Assembly (NCBI GenBank): GCA_002633005.1 | Contig: NMRA01000052.1 | Span: 85,583 to 149,582, forward strand | Length of the DNA stretch: 64,000 bases | Direction: 5' to 3' | Origin: Phoronis australis | Lineage: Eukaryota > Animalia > Phoronida | Shown here: positions 1 to 28,606 of the stretch, piece by piece | Numbering within the stretch: the first letter of the stretch is position 1 | How the letters are laid out: every line of letters begins with the position of its first letter | Notes under the pieces: generated by a model | Seen by the model: the letters and a program-made list of their open reading frames with translations, nothing else | The model's database searches: none | Told to the model about the DNA's origin: nothing | Program-made: the position numbers and the translations under genes

Positions 1-414
1 GATTCCCAAATATAGTTGTCTAAACTTGCCATTTTCAGTGGTCTAAAATTTCTGGGTGCGTATCAAAAAAGGACATTTTTGAGGCTCTAAAACTTAAATA
101 ACTCAAGAACCGCCCAATCGATTTAAAAAATTCAAAAAGTTATATAAATGGCATGTGTAGAGCTACCATTTAAGACTCTTTTCAAGTATTTTTGATGAAA
201 TTTGTATTTTCTTTGCTCACCCGGCGGGCCAAGTTAGGCCAGGGCCTTGCGGAACGGGTATATCTAACAACTGTGCAGTACACCAATCAAAATTTACCGG
301 TAAGAGTGTCATGACTAGTGTAGTGTAGGTTTCAAGTAGGCAGGGCCTATAAAACCATGCAAAACATAGTCTACTCCATACAGCTTATCCTTCACAGTAT
401 CGAAAGTAAGGAAA

Positions 415-1238
415 TACACATAGTGTACCTAATTATCGGACGGAACCTAAATATCGGACATTTCATAGAATCTTACTTGAAGCATAATCTGAGAATTAAA
501 TGACACCAATTTTTGTTCCGTTGTAATGCATTCAATGTTCGGCACCATCTCGTTTTTTACAGCGTTGCCTCGTTTTGATTTCACCGAGAGAGGGTGCAAT
601 TTAGACCCCCAAGTCGGCCTAAAATGGACGATCGCATAAATCGGTTATAAAAGTTGAAAATAAAATCTTTTTCCACAATGACACTATCTCATTGAACTGA
701 CAATATGTCACTGTTCCATTTTTTCGTTTGTTTTTAAACTCAAGTCAAACCCTGACCGCGCACGTGCGGGTGTCATATCAAGAAGCCTAAGTGATACTAA
801 AAACTGCAGTGAGTTTGCACGTGCTTTAGTCGTCTGCACTAATTCATCGAAACGACTTGGCGCCGTCATCAGATTTCATTTTATGGATTTTTTGTTGCGA
901 ATGGACCTGGGTTCTAGAAGCATATATGTCAAAACACTCGAGCTGAAACTTGGCGACAAGGTGCCCGCGGCCATTACATGGTTAGTCAGTTTTCCGCGGT
1001 GTGGCGTATGGAGAAACATGGTGTCCGATATTTAGGTTCTCCGAAGGTTTGGTTGTTGTGTTTTTTGAAGATCAGTCGAAACACAAATGTGGCTTTCAGT
1101 GACAAGATATAGTAACAGAACAATTCTGTGAAGGTAAATCTTTATTTCAGCAAAGAATTTACAACAATCCGTAGTATTGTTATTTAAATATAATGCAAAA
1201 TGTGCCAAAACGTCCGATAATTAGGTCACTTGACTGTA
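415..1238. mobile_element. Non-autonomous Tc1/mariner-pogo-like element
   Basis: Terminal inverted repeats (acctaattatcggacg / cgtccgataattaggt), subterminal aacctaaatatcggaca inverted pair, TA at both ends. Confidence 0.65.
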
Positions 1239-4200
1239 GAAAGGAAACGTACGGAATCGCTGGCGCTGGACTTGTGCGACTGGACGCCGAAGGCTGAAAG
1301 TGAAGCCGAAGGTTCGTTCGATCGTAGTCTTTATATATGTGCGTATCTTCAAATCATCACTCGTCTGAATGCTGGTGACGTCTTAAAGTATTGTTAAACC
1401 GAAGGCAATTAATGACCAACCGATTTCCCAAGAGGAAAACCACTCACCAGTTTTCAGGCGCCATGATGTTGTTTCCTCCGTGAGACTGACACCTGTCGGT
1501 GAATTTACATACTGCAATGGTGTGCGTGACGGACTTCAGTGGCTCCTCTCAAGGCCACATGTGCGTGTACTTGGAATATGTCACCACGGAATTTGAAAAG
1601 TTCACTCAAATAATAACGCTCACGTTGATAAAAGTTTGCACTTCACTAAAACAAATTACATGTTTATAAAACAATGTAAATTTTAACAAACTTCTTTCAA
1701 CTACTGGCGATTTTATTCACCAAACAAAAAATGATTAGGCCGAGTACCATATTTCACACATTCCTCCGATTCAGTGAAACAAGTTCCAGTTAGGAGAAAA
1801 TGGATGACCGTGAGGCCAATAACCGCAAAAAATCCTTACAATGAATAAAACGTTTCACTTAAGAAAGACATAAAATATGCATCATTTGATAGCATACGGT
1901 AAGGTAAAATTCGGACAAAAATAATTGCCAGCAAAAATGACTTTTTTATTTTTTCAAGGGCTTCAAGCTTTGTTGTGAATGTCCACAGATTTTCAAAACT
2001 TTGTTTAATGGTAGTTGTGGTAGAGAACCTGAACATGGAAAATTATTTAATTTGGAGCTACATGCTTTTCTTGGAAAGCTGACGAAAAAAAATATTCCGA
2101 CTGTTGTCGGCCAGTTATATCCCGGCTAAATTGGTTGAGATTTTACGGAACGTGTTCTAACTGTTACGACCACAAGCCTGTTAGGTTTTGGAATTAAACT
2201 GTAGAAGTTTTGTCAGTTACCACTTAGCCCCTTGACATATGACAGAACTACGGGTAAATGAGTAAATCGATTTAATAATAGCACATATATACAGGCTGTA
2301 TATGGTAATCACAAAATTCAATGCTTTGACTGGCCAACATACTCAAATAGCAAATGTTGCATTTTTTAAAAGAAAAGCTATTGTCGGCATTCTTGGTGCG
2401 ATAAAATTGACAATTTTTTATTATTATGGTAGTAAGCATAGGGCAATGATTGTTGTAATGATTGTTCCACGATTGGTTCCAATTAGTCCTATGCTATTCA
2501 CATGCGCGCACCCACCTAAAATATAGGGGTGCTCGAACTTTCGGAGAGCGGACCTTTTACTGGAAAAAAAATTATCGAGGACTAAAAAAAACGGGGCCAT
2601 TAACTGGGTTCAGGCTCTCGAATTGTGCGTCCTCGCCGAATTCCAGTGGACTTTTGTCTCGTTTGCTCGGACTTTTTGTTTTGTTGAGGCGGACTTTTTT
2701 GCCCAACTCGCTAAATGGGGGGCTCCTTTGAGACCCCCGAGCCTCCCCTGGGGAATGTTCAACTACTGTTGCAACATTTCCGCTTGCTTCAAGTTAGGCA
2801 CTGTACAAAGCGCAACATAGCATGCGGTATTCTAAGACAATGGGACATTTAACCTTCATTTTTATCGGCTTCAGGTCCCCCGACCTTTCCTTGTTGACAC
2901 TGTTTCCTTGCCCAGAGGCACATTTAAGTTGAGGGGGGTCCAAGGGGGTCATGGCCCCCATAAAATTCTCACAGGTTCCATTTGCAGTTCGGGGGTGCTA
3001 ATGTCTGACAGGCAAAATCCTGGCTAATACTCTGCCCTGCCCCCTCCCACCCTAACTCAAAAAATCCTGGATCCACCCCTGATGCTTCATACTGGAATTT
3101 TTTTCTGTTCTGCCCCTTTTTCCATTTTTGCAGGACGTCATGAGAACACTGTGATTAACGAAAACACTACCACAATATTACGAAAACAACATCGTATGCA
3201 TTTATTGCACTCAGACGATTTTTACACCTTTTTGTTCTTATACACCCATTTCTCTTAAAAAGGACAGCAGTGTACAATGTTAGCTATACTTTTACATCTC
3301 CCAAATGAAGGGCACCTACGATTTTCAGCATACCGGTGATAGGGTGATTTTGCAATATGTAAGCAGTACTTTTGTAAGTTCAAGAACAAAAAAAATCATG
3401 TCACTACTAAAGCTGAAAACGTGCGAAAACTAAAAAAAGCAGCTAACATAAAAATCACATCTTATACAAGAGTCTGTCTCCGAGCTAATTCCAGACAAAT
3501 AACATTTTCAGGTAACTATTATAAAAATATAGCAATATTTTAGAAACATATTTATGTTTCCATTTCATTTCAATGTACAAAATGATTAAAATCATTTCTT
3601 AACACATAAATTTGCAACATCATTTGAAAAACGTCTCATCAAACATAACTGATTCTCAAAGACTGCAAAATGATTTGAAAGGTCACCCTAATCACAAGGG
3701 CAAAATCCAAAATCAATCTCCAAAGCAATGCAGACAAATGAGGTACATGAAATGTTCCTGACTGTTGAATGTAATCTTCTGTCCCAAAAGCCCTTGAGAA
3801 CCAGATGAACAGGATATCGTAGAAGCACTAATCATCTTGATAAGCAATGCATTTTTCTGAGTGTGTAACGATTCTGCAACAAAGCCAAAAAAAAGGAATT
3901 GGCTCTGGTGTGTTTTTTACTGAAAATTGAGTCAGTGGTGCAATACTTTTCAATGGATCACATTTTCAAATGAGGCAATTTACACGGGACAAGCAAAAAA
4001 TGTAATATTTTTACTCATCGCTTGGAAATTTACAGCTTTTCAAACCTTGCCTGTCCTTGCTTAAGTGCCTCTGTGCAACTTTTTGGGCTGAAATTGATGC
4101 GGGAGGGTATTTTTTTAAGTCAGTAAGCGAAGGTGTCAAATTGAGTCTAGATGAAGACCAGAACCAATTTTTGCTTTTTTGACTAATAAGTACCAGTTGT

Positions 4201-4308
4201 GAACCAGTGATGTAATTTTTCAGAGCACGAATACAGCGTACCTTGTGACCACTGGAATCGAAATCTGTGTCCCGTTGGGCAATCACCGAAGGAAGAAGAC
4301 AATCGGAC

Positions 4309-4574
4309 CATAGATTATAGAAAGCAGATTCGCAACTCCGACATTTTATTGCGTACTATCCTAAAGGAGGTGCCACTCTCCTAAATTATCTGTTTCAGTT
4401 ACCGGTTAGTGTATTGTGACGACCATGATTAGCAGACGATGTACTTGCCGGAAATAAAATTTGCCAATTTGGTCAGGTGTCGCTAGTGAATAATGACACC
4501 ATTACTTCTGTAAGAGCACAGATTTCGTCCATTGAAAGTATACGGAGTTGGCAGTCCATGTACTATAGTCTATG
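4309..4574. mobile_element. MITE with CATAGA..TCTATG termini and 7-bp TSD (P-element-like non-autonomous)
   Basis: TIR catagattatag / ctatagtctatg; direct repeat atcggac at 4302-4308 and 4575-4581. Confidence 0.75.
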
Positions 4575-5068
4575 ATCGGACTAATACAACCACCTTGATA
4601 AAATAAAATCATCGAAACTCGACAATCCTGTTACAATTCACCCCATCTCTTTAAGGAAATGCACCTTCTCACCTGATCAACTAGTCTCAATTTGAAGACA
4701 AAAGCGGGCAGTACTTTTCTCCCCAAGACATGTGAACAGAGCGTAATCACATCCACCTTGATACTAGGGACAGACAGAATTACCATGTAAATGCTCGGCT
4801 TAGTGAAGACAGTTAGTCACAGGAAGGAGCTTGTGCTGGGCCAACTGGCCGTCTGCACGCAGCTAAACACAACTGCTACAATTATTCTTCATGATTTTCA
4901 TTAGTACCATTCGATCAAAATAATTACTATAATGGCAGAAAGACACCGGTATTATGTAATGGCCATTTCCATTGTTCTCTGGCTCAGCGACAACCAACGA
5001 TAAGCCAGCACCTGAATTTGCTGTATGCACACTGAACATTTGGTGTCAGGCGATATTCCATCTTTGTT

Positions 5069-19277
<14,209 letters not shown>

Positions 19278-22200
19278 TTTGCTGCAAAAATCAAACTAAC
19301 GCTTGCGGACAAACAAAACGTTTTTCCGCTCCGTGTATGACAGTACTCTAACATGACAAAAGGTAGCGCTAACGAATGCCTATTGGGCACTGGCCAATGA
19401 CATACATGTAAATACATGTAACTCACTGGCATTCATTGATTGACTTATTGATATGGCCCGAGCACAAAAATAATACACTATAATATAACGCTATACAAAG
19501 ACTGACAGAGGCAGACACGGATAAACACTAAAAGTAAAGATATCAAATAAGACCAAGGTACACATTGAAAAAACATGTGATAACATAAAATTGAGGCCAA
19601 TCTATGTTATGGATACGAAATAAGTATATGGGTGACTTATTTCCACCCCGCTTAACTTTAAATTACTAGAAATTTGTAATTCAAGTTCATTGTCGTTGTT
19701 CGTAATTTTTTTTTCTCAGTGACCTGAGTCATCGCCGCGCTCACCTACACTGGGAGTTTAAACTTGTCCATCTTTATTAAGTTGATGACTGAGAAAAAAT
19801 TGAGGTTATACTTGAATAGAAACTCGCAAAAACAGAATCACCGTTGCACTTTTATTTTAAAAACTGAGCCTCGTGTCAAATATTTGGCAGTCCTAGCCCC
19901 GGCGATCACGTGATCTGGTGTTCCTGTGCTAGTGCGGAGATAGCGGCCTTTTGACGTACTCACGCCGGCCGCCAACACCAGCACCGTGATCGACCACCAG
20001 CACCATCGTCACGGTGAACACTAGCACCATCGCTATCGTGAAAATGTATTTTGTTTTCCAATATTTTCAGTTTTCAATACTGGCTTTTCCCAACCTTTTT
20101 ATCCACCAATACCACAACCAACTGTTCCGTGGCTGCGATAGAGCTGCAATCTCAGCGTCAGGAGGTTAATTCTAGCCTGTAGTCGAGCATATAGCACAAT
20201 GCAAGCTGCAATGAGAAGATTTGGAGAAACAGTGGATGCCATTCATATAAAACAAATTGTTGCTTTCTTTGCACCAAAATGAACAGAACAAACGCCATAC
20301 AATCATCAAATCTCGGACAGTTGCTATACGCTAGGGTTCACAGTACGCATTCATCGTGACTAACCTTAGATCCTGCCGCCCATGCGTACTAGGCCTACTA
20401 CACAATTTTCTGGGATCTTGTGCGGGCCGGCACGATAAAAAGCCAACCGTGGTCTGACGTCGGCTAGAGGCGTTTGTTGCTTTACGTAACCAAATGCAAC
20501 TGAACTGGAATTTTAATAGTTACGTTGTTCCCAAAATACGTACGAGTGTTGAATCGATAAAGATCTCTGCCGATAAGGATCGGAAGTGTGTAAACAACAG
20601 TGCGGCATATTATAGTGGCATTCATGGTCGAATACAATATGGAGAATAATTCGGTCACTAGAATACAACAGCCCCAACGAAACTCCGATGTTTGGAGTAA
20701 GTCAGGTTAAAGGCACTGAATCGTAGGATTGAACCGCATGTGATACAGAGGTCAAGCAGAAATCGTTGCGTTGTGATGAGTCTGCATAACGACTGTTAAT
20801 GATACCGGCATCACAGTGTTAATAGAGGCCCACCTATAACATGGACTTTTGATCCCCATTGCAAACCATAAACAGGGTGTACTTATCTTATTGCGTGGCC
20901 GTGGTACCACAAGAAACTAAAGACGTAAAGCAAGACGAATGTTTTTCCATGGCAATGCTCTAGTGTCCGTGTTCTACCGCCGGAGGACGACAGTTAACAA
21001 GCCCGGTAAGTTGCCAGTTGCTTTGTATAATTTACTCAAAATTATTTGCTTGCAACGAATCCAATAAAGAAAAACAGAGATAAATTTCTTTAAAATGCGC
21101 GCCATTATCATCTATACATTCTAATAGACGCATTACAAATATATGATTTTTATAACACTAGGTACTTGCAAATTACAGAGTACTACACCAAGATTAGAAG
21201 CTGCATACCGTTAAAATCGAATTAGACACTTAAATCAAAACAGACCGTGCATATATTGATGTTATGAGAACAGCATCGTTTCAGACTGCAGTTTCAAGCT
21301 TTGAACCTCAGTAGGAAATGGGATTTAGAAACTTTAGAGTCGTTGCCAAAATTTCATTTTACGAACTAAAGACACGTCTACAGCCATTATGTTTTTGCTG
21401 GTAGAAAAAAACTCTTATTTATCTTCCGTATTCGTTTTGTAGATTTTAAATCTATTTTGTACCTACTGAGCCAGACACAACGTGGATCTATTTACGTGCA
21501 TGGCTATCCAGTGTGAGATTTTTTTCAAACCCAGCAAAATTTAGAAACCAATATAAATAGTAAATAGATATTGATAATTTCATTTTTATACACAGAACAT
21601 TATAGAACATTAATTTTCTCTTTATTGTAGCTAGCCCTGTACGGAAGCCTCACGAAACATCAACTACATACTAAAGGGCCAAATTCAGCAGTGAATTCTA
21701 AAAGTATCTGACTCCGAGAACTTTAAAAGCTTTAGAGACGGACTGTTTTTACGTAGTCAACCACGTTTTTGCATCTTTCTCTCTGACAATGGCTGACTGT
21801 GTAAGCTCCTAATCGGGTTTGATTTGCTTTTGCCGATATCAGTTTTTGACGTTTTGGAATGTGACGTCATTCTTGTTTTTTACCGACTTTGTACTGAGAT
21901 AAAATACCTCCGAGGTTTTCTATGCTAAACATCAGTTATTGAAAATATATTTTCTATAATAAACATATAAAAATATAAAATATTAATCGACAGAGGCAGA
22001 CGGAACAAGGCCCGCGCAGACTGCGGCTCCACAGAAACTGAATCTTACAGCCAAATGCTAATTCACGCCATACGTGTAAGCATGCAATTTCCAAGTGGTC
22101 TGAAATCAAATTAACCTAGCCCTTGAGCGCAATGTAAATTGTATCGATGTCCGATGAAACTGGATCAAAACGCCTGAGTGGGAAACAGCGTAAAGAACAA

Positions 22201-22755
22201 ACGATAACAGGAAGTGTGCTACCAAATGTCAATAGATTACAAGATAAACACATATGTCTCTGGCATCGAAATTGAAATGACAGAGTGGGGCAGTCGCAAT
22301 TTGCTTGTGGGGGGAGGAGGGCGCTTAAATGTACAAATGAGCTCACGCCTCACGGCATTCTAGCAACGGTGGAGAGCGGCTGAAATTTATGGCATCTACT
22401 CCGCTGTAAGATAATCGTGAGTTTTATAGATTTTCCATCTACCTGACTTCCTTTCCATTGTTGTTATAGGCTGAAAGCTTGGCATGCGATTATTTTTACT
22501 AAAATACTCTCCTCTTTTGCGTCTTGGGCAGAAATAAAGCATTTATATAAACCTAAGCCCTAGATCAGGTTTTGTTCAGAAAATCACCTCATTTCGAAAG
22601 AACTCCCCATGGTTGTACACATAACGTACACAGGTCTGTACTGTGACTTACAAGACTATAAACCTAAACCATATTTACATGTACATCGGGAATTAATAAG
22701 CCTCAGGGGTGCATTCGGAAACACCAAAACATTTTTACCGTCCTGTTAGCCAAAA

Positions 22756-23063
22756 CAGGGGCGGATTCAGGATTTTGAGTTAGGGAGGAACAGGGCACAG
22801 GAATAATCAGAATTTCGCCACATGCGCGCGCCCTGCCTAAAATGTAGGGATGCAGGGGTCTCGAATTTTTGGGTTTGTGGACCTTATTACTAAAAAAAAA
22901 CGGTAAACGGGTTTGTTCAAGGCCTATGCATTGTGCATTCGCCCCTCGATCCCCTTGGTGCGCGCATATGCTAGTCAGCAGTTCGCATCCCGAACTACCA
23001 AATGGTATGTGGGAGAATTTCAGGGGGGCATGGCCCCCTGCCCCCCCCCCAAATCCGCCACTG
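22756..23063. mobile_element. caggggcggat...atccgcc(c/a)ctg MITE family member
   Basis: TIR caggggcggatt / aaatccgccactg; an inverted copy of its left ~200 bp lies at 30520-30737; related ends near 3080, 23610, 24290-24475, 26870 and 50660. Confidence 0.7.
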
Positions 23064-24502
23064 CAAAAGTACTTTCACTGGAAACAGGGTCCCTGTGTTC
23101 GAAAATGCATCTGGAAGTAGGTCGTGATTGGTGTTGCAAAATGTATTTCCAATCATCAGAGACAAGAAGACGTCTAAAACAACTTTACTGGTGGTTGAGT
23201 GTAATGAAGTCTTGTTTCTTAGCTGACACTCGCCGACACTGTTCATTTTGGGTACCCTATCAAGTCGAAGAATAAAAACTCGTGACTCCAAACTCGTGGG
23301 TGAAATCCCTGATAATAGTTAAGTAACTTCAACAGTTACAAGTTAATACTAGGTATATTGAAATTTCGTCTTAAACTTTTAAAAGTTATGCATTCAAAAG
23401 TTCCCAGCCCGAATAAAACTATGAAGTGCTCACAAGTTAAAACAATAATGCAAGTGGTCTTATATACGTTGCATCAGACGTGTACGGACAATTTTGCCGG
23501 GCCCATTGCACGAAACACCTCAAAACACTTTCTCGTTTGCTAACATAAACTTACGTGTGCACGAATTAAGACCGAGCTGGGGAGCTGGAGAACTAACTCA
23601 AGGGTCAAGCAGAGGGGTCCAGTGGGATTTGAACCCCCCTATGGAGTGCGCCGCCTATGTCCATAGGCAGTGCAGCACTGAAATAAGAAGGGCTATAGCC
23701 CCCCCCCCCCCCCCCCAGTCCTCTATATGGTGTGCCGCCCATGATAGGAGGCGGACACTCAGCTCATTAGGCCCCACTGCCTCCGCAAGTTTCTAAGACC
23801 AAACAATCTTGTAAAATATTTTAAAGGCTGTTACATCGTGTATGCTGACTGAAGCGTTATCTACATTTATCACTCTGCCATTTATAATTTATTGGACGCC
23901 AGGTGACACACCTACCAACGGTGATCTGGAGACCGTTCCGCAACGTACGGTACCCGCGAGACTAGCTGAAGTGATCACGAGCTTTGCAAGTAATGCATGG
24001 CGATATCTGGCGTGATCTTACTTTTCTTACAAGGAACTTGCTCTGCAAAACGCAGCCCTGGTCTCGGTGACTGGTGAAAATTGTTCTCACATTTTGATAA
24101 TAAAGTGCTACATAAACAAGCTCATTGCTTTGTGAACTGCAAATGAAAACAACCAACCATTTTTCTGCGACGCTCATGGCATGGGGTGTAGATCTTATCT
24201 CGTATACACGAGGGACACAATTAGCGAACACAAATAATACAAACAAACCACCTGCATGCATGAATTTCCCGTTTCAACGCTTAATTGTCCGTGTACAGCC
24301 GTGCCAGGGTGCCAAGGGGCATGGGGTCCGCTATGACAAGGATTTCAATGAGAAAGATATGTTATCCATGGTAATGAACACCAAGAGTGTCAAAACTATA
24401 CATTTGAACCATGGGCGACGCTAAAATAAGTGGGCTATAGCCACCCCCTCTCCCAGCCCCCTATGGTGCACCGCCTATGAGACCATTGGCGGAGCTGCAC
24501 TN

Positions 24503-25580
24503 CTTCAACAATGCTGACGTTTGCCCCAAGTCCTATATGGCCGCCGTCTTCATGGCTGTCGTGAGAAAGGTCTATGTCAATATCACAGCTTCTAAACAAA
24601 CCAGAGCTGTCATTTCAATGGCTGAACTACCATTTTCAGGACGCTATCAAAGCTACACTCATTCAAAATGCTGACTAGATTGTTCAATTTTACTGAAAGT
24701 TTTACACTTCGGCTTTCATATGGACTCAGCTCTTGTGACCAGGACATGTTGTCTTAGAGCTCCAGGAGGCAGCCGAGCTTGACACTTCCTGCCACATATG
24801 CTTGCAGAAGAAGTGTCATCGCAGTTCGCTGATGGTGTTGATGTAAATCCCTTCGGTGGAAGCCAGAGTGGCCGACACAGATTCAGTCACTTCCCCTCTG
24901 TTGAAAGCACTGACTGCAGGGAACAGATAACATCTTCATGTTGACTCACAGCCATGTTGCTTTGCCTGTACGAGAGATCCGTCTTGTGTAGTCAACGACA
25001 GTGAAAACATAGAAGGCTGGTAAAACCTGCGATGTTTCTGCCTCTATGACTAACCATCTTAGCTCTATTAGGCCCATAAACCCGGAGGCCATGGAAGTAG
25101 ACTTGGTTTTCTGCAAAAAGCCCCGCCCATCAACATAACGCATTCACGGCCACTTTTTCGAGAATAGCAATGCGTGGCGATATCAAGAACGCATTCACCT
25201 AAAAATTATGGTACTCAAAGTGATTTTGTTCCAGACGCCGACGAGCCCAGAACGAATTATCATCAGTAGTTAAACCTGACCAGAACCATCCCCAATAAAA
25301 CAGAAAAATTCAGTCACTTAGGTGTCAACTGTCACTGAATCTACTCTTATTTTGGTAATTTTAGTTATTAAAATAATAGGTTATTAGAAAGCTGAGAGAT
25401 TGACGAAAACCCCACGGCAGCCATTTTGTAAAATAAAGATGGCGTCCATAGAGGACTCTGGGGATGGAAACGTCATTTTTATGATTAATTATGCTATAAG
25501 GTTTCCAAAAATGCATAGTTTTCATATCCTCCCACTAAAAGACAACGAACGCTAAAATCTAAGCATAGGAAACATGACTA
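24503..25580 (-). mobile_element. Academ-like DNA transposon relic (XPG-like domain fragments)
   Basis: Minus-strand fragments LPAFYVFTVVDYTRRISRTGKATW (cf. LPAFHAxTGxDxTxxFxGxGKxTxW) and ELR*HFFCKHM..PGALRQHVL; right end ...catgacta fits TAG..CTA termini; left side cut at an N (24502). Confidence 0.55.
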
Positions 25581-26679
25581 AATTGTAAATAGTTTGAAGT
25601 GTCCGTTTATTCATTAGTGAAGTGTTGTCTATTACATTTGGTCTTAAGTATTATTAATATTTTTATTGATGCTAACAGTTAATACTGTTCTGCTGGATTA
25701 CCGTTTGGTTTCTTAGATCTTCGGGAACCTCTCATCTCCTTTGATGGGATGTTGACTCTGATGAGTCGAGGGAACTATTCAGACCAGTCACTGTAATTAC
25801 GATGAACATTCCTGGATGGCTCAAGTTCTACATTTTATTATCATCATCATCGTCATCGTCATCATTATTATTAGTCCTTCTTTTGTAATTGTTGATAATA
25901 TCGTTTTCGTTATTGTTATTATGCTGATACCTTATTTCATTATCACGTGACAGGATTGATGGAAAGACAAAGGGACGAGCGTTCTTTCAGGGAGAGATTT
26001 CAGCTTGACTATTGATAAATCTGAAGGTTTGCAGAATGAAAATAAAACCAATACAGAAAAACAATAGAAAGAATGAACGATTGGCAGAAACAATGAATAC
26101 GCATGTGCGAAACGCTATTTTCTTTGAAGCAAGATTCCCGATGGAACCAGTTTCGTTCACATCTTATGGTCCCTCACGATTACAAAGCTGTCGGTGGTGG
26201 CCAATTTCTTGAGGCTGTTTCATGCCTCTGGAGTTTGTAACTATCTTACAACAACAATCTCCAAGCCCAGCCTCAAAACATACATTTATCGTTAGTTTTG
26301 AGATCAGTGCTAATAAATCATCTGTAATCTTTAATTTTATTTATTTAAGACGATGAGAAGCGGAGTCTTGTTGCGGTCTAAACCTTAGAAATAACTAATG
26401 GAAACCAACCAAATCGCGTTCCAGAACCGTTCAAGCATTCAGATATGCTCGCAACACGCTTACACTGCATTGTATAGTACAGGTATCCCACATCCATCTG
26501 ATTCAGCAAAGTCACAACTGATTCAAAACAGCGGCAGAAATAGTTTACTTAGGAGAAACGGTAAAATTCCGTTCATAAAACCATCATGGCGTTTTCTTGA
26601 GAGTTGCGAGTTTAAAGATGGTTTCTTTACTTCTCTTCTTTACACTTCACACTCGAAGTCGAGTATTCCGACGTGGTTT

Positions 26680-26845
26680 TCATTCATTCCCTTGCATACA
26701 TTCATTCACGTAGTAGTAAGACCGAGCTCAGAGGAGTAGGTGACACTTTTGTGCAATTCTCGATTGTCTGCCAGTAAAGCTAGGATTCGAACCCGGGTCT
26801 CCCAAACGGGAGTCCGGAGCTCAAACCGCTAAGCCACACTCTCTC
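26680..26845 (-). mobile_element. tRNA-derived SINE
   Basis: Reverse complement has tggcttagcgg A box and ggttcgaatcc B box, and a body (ctcggtcttact...tgcaaggga.tgaatga) shared with the 39778 copy. Confidence 0.75.
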
Positions 26846-27869
26846 AGGGAACACCAAGTACATACTTAAAGGCAGATTTAAGGGGTATAGAGTGCTGTAG
26901 CCCCCCCCCCCCTTGTGGTAGCGACCACCGAAATGCTGTTTTTAATAATACGAGATCAATTTTTCGTCAAAAGTTTTGGTGGGACCATGCCATATTCTAG
27001 ATCCCCCAGCCTAAATAAGCAACACCGACGGCGGGCTATTTGGCTTTATTATTTGTACGACATTAACATAGAAGTATTTTACCCTGGGCATAGATGACAG
27101 TGGAGCCAACAGTTAGCGAAATCCATTTTTCGGTTGGTCTTCGTAGTAATTATTGTACTCCTACACGCCAGGACATCTGACACTGAGGTTTCTGCAACCA
27201 GCTTTACAGTAAGCGAAATTTTATGGTAATTTCTCATAAAACAGTAAATAAAGAAACTTCGTATTTTTTCCAAATAGATTACAACCCATATTAGCGCAGA
27301 CATTGAACCAAGATCACGCTCAGTGATCGACCATTTAAAGATTACTTATCTATTCTTATTTTGAACTACGGTTTGAAGCTGTAGTCAATACCTCGTGTGG
27401 AGTTACGGTGGGCATTTATGTGTGGTTGAGGAAGAGAGTTTCAACACCACAACAGGCCGGTAAAGGCACCTTGACCGAGGTAACAACGTAGGTGATTAAA
27501 CAATAATTTCGCTACTTTTAGCGCTGACTTATGTGTACGAGAGTTTCCGATGGTATTCAATAAGAAACTCCTATTTAGTGACTGAAAACTACAAGGAAAA
27601 ACAAAGCCAGAACTTTTACCCATGTGTCGCCATTTGGCGAACACAAAGTCTTTTTGGAAAGCGAAACAGTTATTTCAGAGTAAAACAGAACAGTGGAAAT
27701 GATTTAAATGACAGAAGATGGTTGATCTGCTAATCCCCGTTCATTTGTTTATCTACATTAGAAAACATTGGTCTGAGCGCAAAAAACTGGAATCCCCATC
27801 TCCCGAGTCCCGTTCTAACTGGTAATGAACCTTTTAACTAAAAACGAAGTTATCTCATTGCATGCTCTT

Positions 27870-28215
27870 AATTATTATTTTGATAATAATCATAATAGAA
27901 AGAAAGATAATAACAATTATAATAATCAGATTGCTCTTCTCATTATTATTATCACCACCACCGCCATTATTATTATTATATTAATAATAATTATTACTAT
28001 TGCAGTATATCCAATAACGATAACAATACTAAACAGTATCCAGTAATAACAAAAATAATATTGTTATTACTACTACTTATACTGCAACTACTGGTATTAT
28101 TATTTTCATTACTACTATTACTATTGCTGTTATTATTAACATTATCATTATTATTATTATTACTATTATCATGTTTGTCGTTGCTTTTATTGTTGTTGTT
28201 ATTGTTATTATTTGA
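27870..28215. repeat. (ATT/AAT)n low-complexity tract
   Basis: Degenerate trinucleotide repeats in both orientations. Confidence 0.85.
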
Positions 28216-28447
28216 ATAAACTCATAATTTCGTTGTTTCGAGCCTGAATTATCAATGATACGGCGTACACAATATTCTCAGGCGAGAATTTTAATTCTCA
28301 GTCAAAAATTGCGTTTGTCCCTAACTGGTGGTTGGAAGCATTTCATGAAAAAATAGTTTTTGAGATTTAGAAAAAAATCATTCTAAGATAAGAGAACTGT
28401 CCGAGTTGAAATAAATCTTGACCACGTTATCGTTTCAGGGGCAGAAT

Positions 28448-28606
28448 ATGAGACTACCTAGACGGTTGTATAGCGCAGTATCGTACACAGTGCTCGTGTT
28501 GTACAGTGTCTTCGTATTCGTTAGTGCAATAAGGAAAGAGGGGCGCTGTATGAGGCATTACTTTGTGCAAACCGTTAAGCATCCGCGGCGAGATTGTGAA
28601 ACGCAG
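28448..28606 (+). CDS. NDP: Norrin-like coding exon 1 (signal peptide + RCMRH...CETQ)
   Basis: ATG at 28448, donor gtaagc at 28607; upstream tttcag acceptor at 28437-28438 suggests a non-coding first exon. Confidence 0.9.

Noticed and set aside
27825-28046. Hydrophobic Ile/Asn-rich ORFs here and at 29472-29705 resembling membrane peptides
   Set aside because: These are translations of (ATT)n/(GAT)n microsatellites.
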